Positions 25,995 to 34,585 of a stretch of 44,878 nt of DNA are shown here, one piece after another; positions within the stretch are counted from its first letter, which is position 1; each line of letters starts with the position of its first letter. The translations under genes were made by a program, and so were the position numbers. The DNA is taken from positions 1 to 44,878 of the IMG/VR virus record IMGVR_UViG_3300048856_000034. One strand, written 5' to 3'. The stretch is from a virus. Lineage: Duplodnaviria > Caudoviricetes. A model generated the notes under the pieces. The model saw nothing but the letters and a program-made list of their open reading frames with translations, searched no databases and was not told where the DNA came from.

Positions 25995-26402
25995 GTGGCG
26001 ATCGACCACACCACCCCGGTCGGGCAGGTCCGCCTGCTCATCGCCGACACCACCGAGAGCGCGCTGACGCTCACGGATCAGCAGGTCGAGGGGTACCTCG
26101 GCCTGTACGGCGGCACCGCCGCCACCTCGACCCTGTCGCAGACCCGCCGCGCCGCGGCCGACGCGCTCGACGCGATCGCCACGTCCGAGGCGCTGGTCTC
26201 CAAGGTCATCCGTACCCACGACCTGTCCACCGACGGCGCGAAGCTCGCCGACGTGCTCCGCAAGCAGGCCGCGACCCTCCGCGCCCAGGCCGACACCGCG
26301 GACGACGACGCCGCCGGCGGGTTCCTCGACGTCGCAGAGTTCTCCCCGTACCCCGGCGGCGTCCCCGAGCTCACCGAGCGGCCGCTGTACGGGTGGCCGT
26401 GA
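25995..26402 (+). CDS. Head-tail adaptor
   Basis: GGAGG RBS; TPVGQVRLLIAD, RAAADALDAIATSEALVSKVIRT.DL.TDG. Confidence 0.8.
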   Translation: MAIDHTTPVGQVRLLIADTTESALTLTDQQVEGYLGLYGGTAATSTLSQTRRAAADALDAIATSEALVSKVIRTHDLSTDGAKLADVLRKQAATLRAQADTADDDAAGGFLDVAEFSPYPGGVPELTERPLYGWP

Positions 26403-26845
26403 TGGCCCCGTTCCCCACCACCCGTGTCGTCCCCGCCGGGTGGTCCGCGCATCACGCCCCGGTCACCGAGGGCGCGATGAACGCCGAGTGCGCGATCACG
26501 TTCGGCCAGGCCGGCGGCGGCTGGGACCCCACCAACGGGTCCACCGCCGGCACCCCGCTGGCGACGTACACCGGGCCCTGCCGCGTCCAGTACACCGGGA
26601 CCGGCACCCGCGAGACCGACGCCGCGGACCAGCTCGTCGCCGAGCAGGCCGTCCTCGTAGCCCTCCCCCGCGCCGCGGGCCCGCAGTCCGAGGGCGCCCG
26701 CGTCCGGGTCACGTACGTCGACGCGAACGGCCCCACCCGGCTGATCGGCCGGCTCCTGACCGTGCGGTCCGTGAACCGGTCCTCCCTCGCCTGGGAGCAG
26801 GACCTCACGTGCACCGACGACGCGGACAACCAGCCCGCTGCCTAG
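26402..26845 (+). CDS. Head closure protein (DUF6093-like)
   Basis: YTGPCRVQ motif; gene order. Confidence 0.75.
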   Translation: MAPFPTTRVVPAGWSAHHAPVTEGAMNAECAITFGQAGGGWDPTNGSTAGTPLATYTGPCRVQYTGTGTRETDAADQLVAEQAVLVALPRAAGPQSEGARVRVTYVDANGPTRLIGRLLTVRSVNRSSLAWEQDLTCTDDADNQPAA

Positions 26846-26985
26846 CCCGGCACGGCGAACGCCCGCACGACCTTCCCGCACGCCTCGCACGTCACCGTGA
26901 CCGTCTTCACGGGCCCGGTCTCGCGCCGGTCGGTCCGCGTGCTCTCCCGCGTGCGCTCGTGCGCGCACTCCCGCTCCTCAGCCAT
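26842..26985 (-). CDS. Small Cys/His protein (47 aa), antisense moron
   Basis: MAEERECAHE...VTCEACGKVVRAFAVPG fills the gap between neck genes; TACGGT 6 nt upstream of the ATG. Confidence 0.6.
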   Translation of the reverse strand: MAEERECAHERTRESTRTDRRETGPVKTVTVTCEACGKVVRAFAVPG

Positions 26986-27010
26986 GCACCGACCGTACCG
27001 GGGAGGGCCG

Positions 27011-27379
27011 ATGGCCGACGTCCGCATCGACGCGTCCGATCTGAACCGCCTGTCCGCTGACCTCGCCGCCGCGGGCGCGCGCGTAGGGGCCGGTGCGTCC
27101 GCTGTCGTCCGCTCGTCGGCGTACCGCGTCGAGGCCGGCGCGGAGCAGTTCGCGCCCGTCGACACCGGCAACCTCCGCAACGGCATCGGCACCGACTTCG
27201 TCGGCGACGGCCGCGGCGGGTCCATCGAGGCGCAGGTCGGCCCGACGGCGTCCTACGCGCCGTTCGTCGAGCTCGGCACGTCCCGCATGGCCCCGCACGC
27301 GTTCCTCGGGCCCGCGTTCGACCGCGTCCAGCCCGACTTCGTCGCCGCGCTCGAGCAGCTCGCCGAGCAGGCACTGTGA
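27011..27379 (+). CDS. HK97 gp10-like tail completion protein
   Basis: APVDTGNLRNGI, YAPFVELGTSRMAPHAFLGPA. Confidence 0.92.
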   Translation: MADVRIDASDLNRLSADLAAAGARVGAGASAVVRSSAYRVEAGAEQFAPVDTGNLRNGIGTDFVGDGRGGSIEAQVGPTASYAPFVELGTSRMAPHAFLGPAFDRVQPDFVAALEQLAEQAL

Positions 27380-27783
27380 GCACGCCCTCCGACCTGCACG
27401 CAGCGGTGTTCACCATCCTCGACGCGCTCCCGACGGTGACCGCCTTCGACGGCGACGTCCCCCCGAACCCCCCGGCCGACGCCAGCGGGCGCGTGTACCC
27501 CTACGCCGTCCTGTGGCCGTCGCCCGGTGGTGACCCCACAGACGCGGACCTCGTCACCGGAGGCGCCCTCGCGTGGGAAGGGACCGTCACGGTTGCCGCC
27601 GGCGACGTCGCCTGGTGCCTCGCCGCGATCGACGTCGTCCGCGGCGCCCTGCGCGACCGGTGGGTGCTCGACACCGCGTCCCCCCTCCGTGACGTGACCC
27701 CCGCATCCCGCACGGTCACGCGCGACCCAGACGTCCGGCCTCCCCGCTGGTACGTCCCGCTGCTCTACCGCTGCCAGATCTGA
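27376..27783 (+). CDS. Tail terminator protein
   Basis: FDGDVP..PYAVLW; position before tail tube. Confidence 0.75.
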   Translation: MSTPSDLHAAVFTILDALPTVTAFDGDVPPNPPADASGRVYPYAVLWPSPGGDPTDADLVTGGALAWEGTVTVAAGDVAWCLAAIDVVRGALRDRWVLDTASPLRDVTPASRTVTRDPDVRPPRWYVPLLYRCQI

Positions 27784-27799
27784 CCAGGAGGCACCCGCC

Positions 27800-27991
27800 A
27801 TGGACGACGGCTTCGTCGACGCCTACAGCAAGCGGACCGGCAAGAAGGTCCGCATCCCCGCCCACTTCCTCGGGCACCCCGTGCTCGGGAAGGGCTTCAA
27901 CAAGACCCCCCGCCAGAAGGCGGCGGACGCCCAGGCCAGCGACCAGGCCACCACCGACGCCCCGGCCTCCGGGGACAAGACCAAGGAGTGA
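27800..27991 (+). CDS. Small hypothetical virion-module protein
   Basis: AGGAGG RBS. Confidence 0.75.
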   Translation: MDDGFVDAYSKRTGKKVRIPAHFLGHPVLGKGFNKTPRQKAADAQASDQATTDAPASGDKTKE

Positions 27992-27997
27992 TCCCGG

Positions 27998-28519
27998 ATG
28001 CCCCGTTCCCTGGCTGACGGCAAGACCAAGTTCACGATCCTCGTGGAGGAGCCGGCGAACCCCGCCGAGCCGACCGCAGCCGAGCTCAACGCCGGCCTCG
28101 ACTTCTCGTGCGACGTCCTCGCGTCCGACTTCCTGTGGGGCGCCACGGACTCGGACAAGGTCGCCGAGAAGGCGCTCTGCACCGAGAACAACGCGAACGC
28201 GCTCGCCGCGTCCAACTTCCAGGCCGGGTTCACGGTCTTCCGGTACTTCGACCCGACCACGGGCGCGCCGGACCCGACCGAGGACGCCAAGTTCGCGGCC
28301 GTCAAGGCGAAGGGCACGCCCCTGTGGGGGTACGCCCGGAAGACCGGGAAGAAGGCCACCGCCGCGTGGGCCGCGTCCGACGAGATCTACCTCGGCGCGG
28401 AGGTCGCGACGGACGAGCCGCAGCCGCCGTCGGACCTGGGTGGGTACGTGAAGTACCGCATCCCGGCCGAGGTGCAGTCGGCGTGGCCGTTCATCGCGGT
28501 CGCCGCCGGCGGGGCCTGA
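27998..28519 (+). CDS. Major tail tube protein
   Basis: SLADGKTK..PTAAELNAG.DFSC; gene order. Confidence 0.88.
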   Translation: MPRSLADGKTKFTILVEEPANPAEPTAAELNAGLDFSCDVLASDFLWGATDSDKVAEKALCTENNANALAASNFQAGFTVFRYFDPTTGAPDPTEDAKFAAVKAKGTPLWGYARKTGKKATAAWAASDEIYLGAEVATDEPQPPSDLGGYVKYRIPAEVQSAWPFIAVAAGGA

Positions 28520-28530
28520 GCCCTTCGACC

Positions 28531-28631
28531 CCTGCCCCGGGCGCGTCTCACAGGTCCGCGCCCGGGGCAGGACCACCCCGCACCACCCGACCTGTGACCC
28601 GACCTGTGGACCTGTGAAGGAGAGACCTGTG
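28531..28631 (+). promoter_or_regulatory. 15-bp hairpin plus four GACCTGTG repeats complementary to its loop
   Basis: CCTGCCCCGGGCGCG/CGCGCCCGGGGCAGG stem; loop contains CACAGGTC; GACCTGTG at 28589, 28601, 28609 and 28624. Confidence 0.8.
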
Positions 28632-29294
28632 ACCGAGAACCCCACCACCGACGCCACGCTGACCGAGGACGACTTCGACCTCGACGAGTGGCTGTCGACC
28701 GGCACGCTCGCGAAGCGCGCCGTCGAGATCTACAACGACCCCGCCCTGGTCGCCGAGTTCGACATCCTGAGCCAGCGGCTCACCGCCGCCCAGGCCGCGA
28801 ACCCCAGCGGCGCGGAGGAGACGATGGCCGGCGGACCGGTCAGCGACATCATCGAGGAGATGCACCGCCTGCACGCCCGCTGGGAGGCGTCCAAGGCGAC
28901 CTGGACCGTCCGCGCGCTCACCGAGGACGAGGTCCGCGCGATCGTCGACGCCCACCCCGATCCCGTCATCCCGGAGATCATCCGCACGCCGAAGAAGCCC
29001 GGCGAGGTCTGGTCCGACGAGCAGCTGGCTGCCGGAGCGGCTCACCTCGAGGCCCGCGAGGCCGTGATGACCGAGCGGAACCTCGCGATGATCGCGCTCG
29101 CCGTCACCGAGGTCCGCACCCCCAAGGGCGTCCGCCGGTCGGTCACCATCGAGCAGGTCCGCAAGCTCCGCAGCCGGCCGCACGGCAAGGCCCAGGCCAC
29201 CCGCCTCGTGCAGGCCGTGGAGTCCGCGACGTCCGGCGAGGTGGAGGTCCCCCGCCCTACGTCGCCCGGGCGCTCCGACAGCGACCGGGGCTGA
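28629..29294 (+). CDS. Tail assembly chaperone (gpG-like)
   Basis: GAAGGAG RBS; lies between tail tube and tape measure. Confidence 0.8.
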   Translation: MTENPTTDATLTEDDFDLDEWLSTGTLAKRAVEIYNDPALVAEFDILSQRLTAAQAANPSGAEETMAGGPVSDIIEEMHRLHARWEASKATWTVRALTEDEVRAIVDAHPDPVIPEIIRTPKKPGEVWSDEQLAAGAAHLEAREAVMTERNLAMIALAVTEVRTPKGVRRSVTIEQVRKLRSRPHGKAQATRLVQAVESATSGEVEVPRPTSPGRSDSDRG

Positions 29295-29599
29295 CCCTCG
29301 CCCTCAAGGCGGCCCGCGCGTGGGGCGCACGCCCGTCGGACTACTTCGCGTGGTCCAGCCGTGACCGTGGGCTCGCCGAGGCGCTGATCCACAACGAGGA
29401 GTCCGTCGGACCCCACGGCATCCCCTGGACCGACGCCCTCAACCCGGACAACGACGGCTGGTTCGAGGTCCGCGAGCAGACGGACTACGCGCAGAAGCCC
29501 ATCGACGAGTGGCACAAGGACCACCAGGGCAAGGACGACGTCGACCCCGGCACCCGGGTCGTCGTCGTCGACCTGCGCAACGACGACACCGACCACTGA
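29255..29599 (+). CDS. Tail assembly chaperone frameshift extension (gpT-like, -1 frame)
   Basis: Start-less open -1 frame overlapping the gpG end; WSSRDRGLAEAL; candidate slip site C-CCT-AC. Confidence 0.7.
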   Translation, partial: PYVARALRQRPGLTLALKAARAWGARPSDYFAWSSRDRGLAEALIHNEESVGPHGIPWTDALNPDNDGWFEVREQTDYAQKPIDEWHKDHQGKDDVDPGTRVVVVDLRNDDTDH

Positions 29600-29641
29600 C
29601 CTCACCCGGCCACGCCGCCGGCAACCCACCGGGGAGGTGTC

Positions 29642-32614
29642 GTGGCCGACCGCTCCATCAAGGTGATCCTCTCGGCGCAGATCGCCGACTTCAAGCGCCA
29701 GATGGACGAGGCGTCCAAGTCGACGAAGAAGGTCGGCGAGGACGCCGAGAAGTCGTCGCAGAGCGCGACGACCGCGCTCGGCCGCATGACCAAGAGCGCC
29801 CTCGACAACCGGGAGTCGTGGGACCGGGCCGGCACCGCCCTGACCGCGTTCGGCGCGACCACCGTCGCGGCCCTCGGGTACTCCGCGAAGGCCGCGATCG
29901 ACTGGGAGACCGCCTGGGCGGGCGTCTCCAAGACGGTTGACGGGTCGGACGCGCAGATGGCCGCGCTTGAGGGATCGCTGCGCGACCTCGCGAAGACCCT
30001 CCCGGCGTCGCACCAGGAGATCGCCGCCGTGGCCGAGGCTGCGGGGCAGCTCGGCGTGGGCATCGGTGGGATCACCGACTTCACGCGCACGATGATCGAC
30101 CTCGGCGAGACGACGAACCTGTCGGCCGACGAGGCGGCCACGGCGATCGCGCAGATGGCGAACGTCATGGGCCTCGACCTCTCGGGCGGGACCGACGACG
30201 TCCAGCGCTTCGGCGCGACGCTCGTCGCGCTGGGCAACGACGGCGCGTCGACCGAGCGCGAGATCGTCATGATGGCCCAGCGCATCGCCGGGTCCGGCAA
30301 GCTCGTCGGCGCGACCTCGGGCGAGGTCCTCGGCCTGGCGAACGCGCTCGCGTCGATGGGCGTCACCGCCGAGCTCGGTGGCGGTGTCGCGTCCCGAGTC
30401 CTGCAGGACCTGTACACCGCGGTCGAGTCCGGCGGTGCGGACCTCGAGGGGTTCGCGCGCATTGCCGGCATGTCCGCCAGCGACTTCGCCGACGCGTTCG
30501 GGAACGACCCGATCCGGGCGCTCGGTGCGTTCGCGACGGGCCTGAACGGCGTCGAGGCGTCCGGCGGCAACGTCGTGTCCACGCTGACCGACCTCGGGTT
30601 CCGGTCGACCGAGGAGCAGCGGATCCTGCTGCAGCTCAAGGCGTCCGGTGACCTGCTCAACGAGTCGCTGAACCTGCAGGCGCAGGCATGGGCCGACAAC
30701 TCCGCGCTCGTCGACGAGGCCGCGAAGCGGTACGACACGACGGCGTCGAAGCTGCAGGTCGCACGGAACACCGTGCAGGACGCCGCCATCACGATCGGCG
30801 AGGCGTTCCTGCCCGCGATCCAGGGCGCGTCGGACGCCGTCGCGGCGTTCGCGACGTTCATCGGCGACCTGCCCGACCCCGTGCTGCGTGTGGGCACCGG
30901 CCTGACCGCGCTCGCCGGCGGCACCGCCCTCGCGGCAGGGTCGTTCCTGCTGCTGCTGCCTCGCGCGCTCGAGACTGTGAACGCGCTCAAGGATATCGGG
31001 GCGATCAGCCCGCGCGCTGCCACCGCGCTCGGCCGCATCGGATCGAACAGCGCGAAGATCGGCGGCGCCGCCGTCGCACTGATCGGCGTCGCGGCCGCGC
31101 TCAACGAGATCAACGCCGCCTCGCTCGACGCGGTCCCGTCGGTCGAGCAGATGACGAAGGCCCTGCTCGATGCCGAGGGCGTCGAGGGCGTCGATGCCGC
31201 CTTCGCTGGTCTGTCCGAGACGTTCGACGACATGAAGGGCGCCGCAGACCGCGCGCTCGACAGCGACATCAACACATGGGCCGACCGGAACATCGGCGGG
31301 ATCCTCGGGCTGTCGACGGCCACGGGCAAGGCCGAGGACGCGTTCACCCAGTTCGGCAGCGCGCTCGCGACGATCTACGCCTCGAACCCCGAGGAGGCCG
31401 AGCGCAGGTTCGCGGCCGCCATGGAGGAGACCGGGCGCACGCGCGAGGAGCTCCTCGGGCTCATGGGTCCGTACGCGGACGCGCTCGCCGCGGCGGACGT
31501 GCAGCAGGAGCTCGCCGGCACGTCGGCGAGCGGGCTGGCCGGGGGCATGGACGAGGTCGCCGCCGCCACCACGGAGGCTGACGAGGAGCTCAAGAACTGG
31601 CTCGAGGACGTCGCCGCGGCGGACGCGTCGTTCGTCTCGGCGTTCGACGCCTACGACACCCTCGTCCAGAAGAACAAGGACGTCGCGCAGGCCACCGCCG
31701 ACGCCACCGAGTCGTCCGAGGACTCCTGGGAGACGTTCTACGACGGGTTCTCGATCTCGACCGAGGAGTACCGCGCCGAGCTGCAGCGCCAGGTCGACGC
31801 GCAGTCGTCGTGGGAGCAGAACCTGCTGCTGCTGTCCGGTCGGGCGTCGCAGGGCGTGATCGACGAGCTGTACTCGATGGGCGCCGAAGGCGCCCCGCTC
31901 GTGGCGCAGCTCGTCAACGCGTCGGACGAAGAGCTCGCGCGGATGGAGGAGCTGTTCGGGCAGCGGTCCGCGACGGCGACGGGGGCGTTCGCCACGACCC
32001 TGAACACGGCAGCTCCGGTCATCGCCGCGGCGTCTGCTCAGCTCGGCTCCGGCGCGGCCGCGGAGATCGCGGCGAAGCTCGCGGCGGGGACGTCGACGGT
32101 CGAGCAGATCATGGCGGAGTACAACCTCGAGATCGAGGGTGTCGTCCCGACCGTCGACGTGAACACCTCCTCGGCGATGTCGAAGCTCGCCACACTGCGC
32201 GAGACGCTCCGCGCCGTGCCCGGGTGGGGAGGCGCTACAGCGGGGGTCGGGACCATCTTCGCGCCCGGATACGCCGAGGGCGGTGAGGTCCGCGGTCCTG
32301 GCACGTCGACGTCGGACAGCATCCTCGCGCGCCTGTCCAACCAGGAGCACGTCTGGACGGCCGCCGAAGTCCGCGGCGCCGGCGGTCACGGCGCCGTCGC
32401 GAACATGCGCGCCGCTGCCCGTGTCGGCGCGCTCCCTGGGTTCGCCCGGGGCGGGTCGCCCGGCTACGCCTCGACCGTCACCCAGCAGGTGCGTTTCGCT
32501 GGTGGCCGACCGGGCCCGACGTTCGGTGACGTGTCGATCGTCGCCGCTGACCCGCGCGCCGCGATGCGCGCGTTCGACGACGAGATCACGTTCTCGATGG
32601 CCGGGGAGGCGTAG
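29642..32614 (+). CDS. Tape measure protein
   Basis: 990 aa, Ala-rich; AIDWETAWAGVSKTV core; GGEVRGPGTSTSDSILARLS. Confidence 0.95.
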   Translation: MADRSIKVILSAQIADFKRQMDEASKSTKKVGEDAEKSSQSATTALGRMTKSALDNRESWDRAGTALTAFGATTVAALGYSAKAAIDWETAWAGVSKTVDGSDAQMAALEGSLRDLAKTLPASHQEIAAVAEAAGQLGVGIGGITDFTRTMIDLGETTNLSADEAATAIAQMANVMGLDLSGGTDDVQRFGATLVALGNDGASTEREIVMMAQRIAGSGKLVGATSGEVLGLANALASMGVTAELGGGVASRVLQDLYTAVESGGADLEGFARIAGMSASDFADAFGNDPIRALGAFATGLNGVEASGGNVVSTLTDLGFRSTEEQRILLQLKASGDLLNESLNLQAQAWADNSALVDEAAKRYDTTASKLQVARNTVQDAAITIGEAFLPAIQGASDAVAAFATFIGDLPDPVLRVGTGLTALAGGTALAAGSFLLLLPRALETVNALKDIGAISPRAATALGRIGSNSAKIGGAAVALIGVAAALNEINAASLDAVPSVEQMTKALLDAEGVEGVDAAFAGLSETFDDMKGAADRALDSDINTWADRNIGGILGLSTATGKAEDAFTQFGSALATIYASNPEEAERRFAAAMEETGRTREELLGLMGPYADALAAADVQQELAGTSASGLAGGMDEVAAATTEADEELKNWLEDVAAADASFVSAFDAYDTLVQKNKDVAQATADATESSEDSWETFYDGFSISTEEYRAELQRQVDAQSSWEQNLLLLSGRASQGVIDELYSMGAEGAPLVAQLVNASDEELARMEELFGQRSATATGAFATTLNTAAPVIAAASAQLGSGAAAEIAAKLAAGTSTVEQIMAEYNLEIEGVVPTVDVNTSSAMSKLATLRETLRAVPGWGGATAGVGTIFAPGYAEGGEVRGPGTSTSDSILARLSNQEHVWTAAEVRGAGGHGAVANMRAAARVGALPGFARGGSPGYASTVTQQVRFAGGRPGPTFGDVSIVAADPRAAMRAFDDEITFSMAGEA

Positions 32615-33492
32615 TGGACCTGTCCTGCACGGAGATCGTCTGGCGGGGCCTGACCCTCACCGGATCCGGGAGCGGTTCGCCGTTCAAGGTCGAGTCGTTC
32701 GAGGGCTGGGAAGACCTCCCCGACGGGCGTGACGACTCGGTCGAGCGCCCGTCGGCCCACGGCCGGTACGACTCGCCGGTCTGGGCCGACGAGCGGGTCA
32801 TCACCCTGGGCGGGTTCGTCCACGGCGGCATCGACCGGGACGCCCTGCTGCAGCAGATCCGCACGGCGATGACGTGGCGGGCGGTGCCGGGACCCGCCGA
32901 GGAGCTCGTCGTCACGCACGCCGGCCGCGAGCTCACCGCGTTCGCGCAGCTCGTGCGGTTCCGGGCATCCCCCGCCCAGGCGTGGGCGCAGGGCCGGTTC
33001 CCGTTCGCCGTGCAGTGGCGGTGCCGTGACCCGTACCGGTACGGCGCCGCGGTCACGGACTCCACCCAATTCGCGCAGGACACCGGCGGCCTCGAGTTCG
33101 ACCTGTTCACCGACGGGACGAGCACCGATGTCGGCTACCTCGACTTCGGCACGCCTGGCACCGTCGACGGCCTCGTCACGCTCACCAACACGGGGTCGGT
33201 GGCCGGGTTCCCGGTCTTCACCGTCACGGGGCCGACTCCTGACGGAGGCTTCGCGATCGTCTCTGACGGCCGAACCATCCAGTTCGAGCGGCCCGTCCAG
33301 GCGGGGTCCGCGCTCGTAATCGACGCCGCGTCGGGTACCGCGCTGCTGGACGGAGCGGACTACTCCCGGTACCTCACGCGCCGCGAGTGGTGGTCCATCG
33401 AGCCGGGCGAGTCCGCCACGGCCTTCTTCTCGCCCCTCGGTGGGGCGACGTCCGCTGTCCTGACGGCCTCCATCCGGCCGCCGTACCTGTGA
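32614..33492 (+). CDS. Distal tail (Dit-like) protein
   Basis: Follows the tape measure; EGWEDLP, R..AHG, CRDPYRYG. Confidence 0.85.
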   Translation: MDLSCTEIVWRGLTLTGSGSGSPFKVESFEGWEDLPDGRDDSVERPSAHGRYDSPVWADERVITLGGFVHGGIDRDALLQQIRTAMTWRAVPGPAEELVVTHAGRELTAFAQLVRFRASPAQAWAQGRFPFAVQWRCRDPYRYGAAVTDSTQFAQDTGGLEFDLFTDGTSTDVGYLDFGTPGTVDGLVTLTNTGSVAGFPVFTVTGPTPDGGFAIVSDGRTIQFERPVQAGSALVIDAASGTALLDGADYSRYLTRREWWSIEPGESATAFFSPLGGATSAVLTASIRPPYL

Positions 33493-33511
33493 ACCCTGCC
33501 GGGAGGCTGCT

Positions 33512-34585
33512 GTGGCTGTGACACGACCCCTGTTCGTCCGCCGGGACTCGACCGCGGGGACCGGGCCGAAGGCCGCGCGCATGGCACTGGCGGGGGTGCT
33601 CGCGCCCGTCAGCGCGGGCGCCGGCGGCCGCCCGGGCGTGCTCGGCGGTCTCGTGGTCACCGGCACGTCCGGGTGGGCCTACACGATCAGCGGCGGGCAC
33701 CTGGCCACGTCCAAGGGCGCGACCGACGGCGTCGCGGTGTGGGCGAACGACGCCGACACCACGGCGGCCACCAGCACCGCGCCGGGCACAGGGTCGCGCG
33801 TGGACATCATCTACGCGATGCACCGCGACCTCGACGCGGGTGACGCGAACGCGGCCCCGGCGTTCGCCGTCGCGCAGGGCGTCCCTGCGCCGGCCGGTTC
33901 GATCGAGCTCGCGCGCTTCACCATCCCGGCCGGTGCGACCGGCACGGCGGGCGGCACCGCCGACGTCTCGCAGCGGCAGTGGTCCGCGCTGCGCGGCGTA
34001 CCGATCCCGGTGACGGGCACGGCGCAGCGCGACGCGATCACGTGGGGGTCCCTGTCGAACCCCGCCAGGGTGTGGCGCATCGACAAGGGCTTCGTCGAGG
34101 TCAACACCGGCGGCGGCTGGTTCCGGCCCGATGGCGCTGGGCCGTCGCGGAAGTCCACGCGCGCGCCCGCCTCGGCCGCGATCTCCGTCGCGAACGCGTC
34201 CGGAGCGCCCGGGCAGACCATCGTGTTCGACACCGTCATCTGGGACGACGGCATCACGTACAGCACCTCGGCGAACTCGTTCACGTTCCCCCTGTCGGGG
34301 CGGTACGCCGTAAGCGCGCGCGTCGTGTTCGCCGCGAATGCCGCCGGTAACCGGTACCTGACGTACACGCTCAGCACCGGGGAGGTCGTCGTCATGGCCG
34401 TCGTTCCGGGCACGGCGAGCAACCCGACGATCGTGCAGGGCAGCGACGAGCTGACCGCCGTCGCCGGCGACCGCATCTCGATCAACGCCCGGCAGACGTC
34501 CGGCGCCGCGCTGGACATCGTCGGCTCCTCGGGCACGGCCCTGCCTGCCGCGACCGTCGTCATCCGCTACCTCGGCCCCGCCTGA
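33512..34585 (+). CDS. Minor tail protein with C-terminal beta-sandwich
   Basis: APGTGSRVDIIYA..VAQG..ELAR; IVFDT..FTFPLSGRYAV. Confidence 0.75.
   Translation: MAVTRPLFVRRDSTAGTGPKAARMALAGVLAPVSAGAGGRPGVLGGLVVTGTSGWAYTISGGHLATSKGATDGVAVWANDADTTAATSTAPGTGSRVDIIYAMHRDLDAGDANAAPAFAVAQGVPAPAGSIELARFTIPAGATGTAGGTADVSQRQWSALRGVPIPVTGTAQRDAITWGSLSNPARVWRIDKGFVEVNTGGGWFRPDGAGPSRKSTRAPASAAISVANASGAPGQTIVFDTVIWDDGITYSTSANSFTFPLSGRYAVSARVVFAANAAGNRYLTYTLSTGEVVVMAVVPGTASNPTIVQGSDELTAVAGDRISINARQTSGAALDIVGSSGTALPAATVVIRYLGPA

Noticed and set aside
28589-28631. GACCTGTG repeats as a CRISPR array or replication iterons
   Set aside because: Only 8 nt long with 0-7 nt spacing, no cas genes, and far from the replication module
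16683-32389. Very long minus-strand ORFs (16683-19055, 22765-25824, 29042-32389 and others)
   Set aside because: Antisense shadows of GC-rich coding genes; no motifs, and they fully overlap clear phage genes
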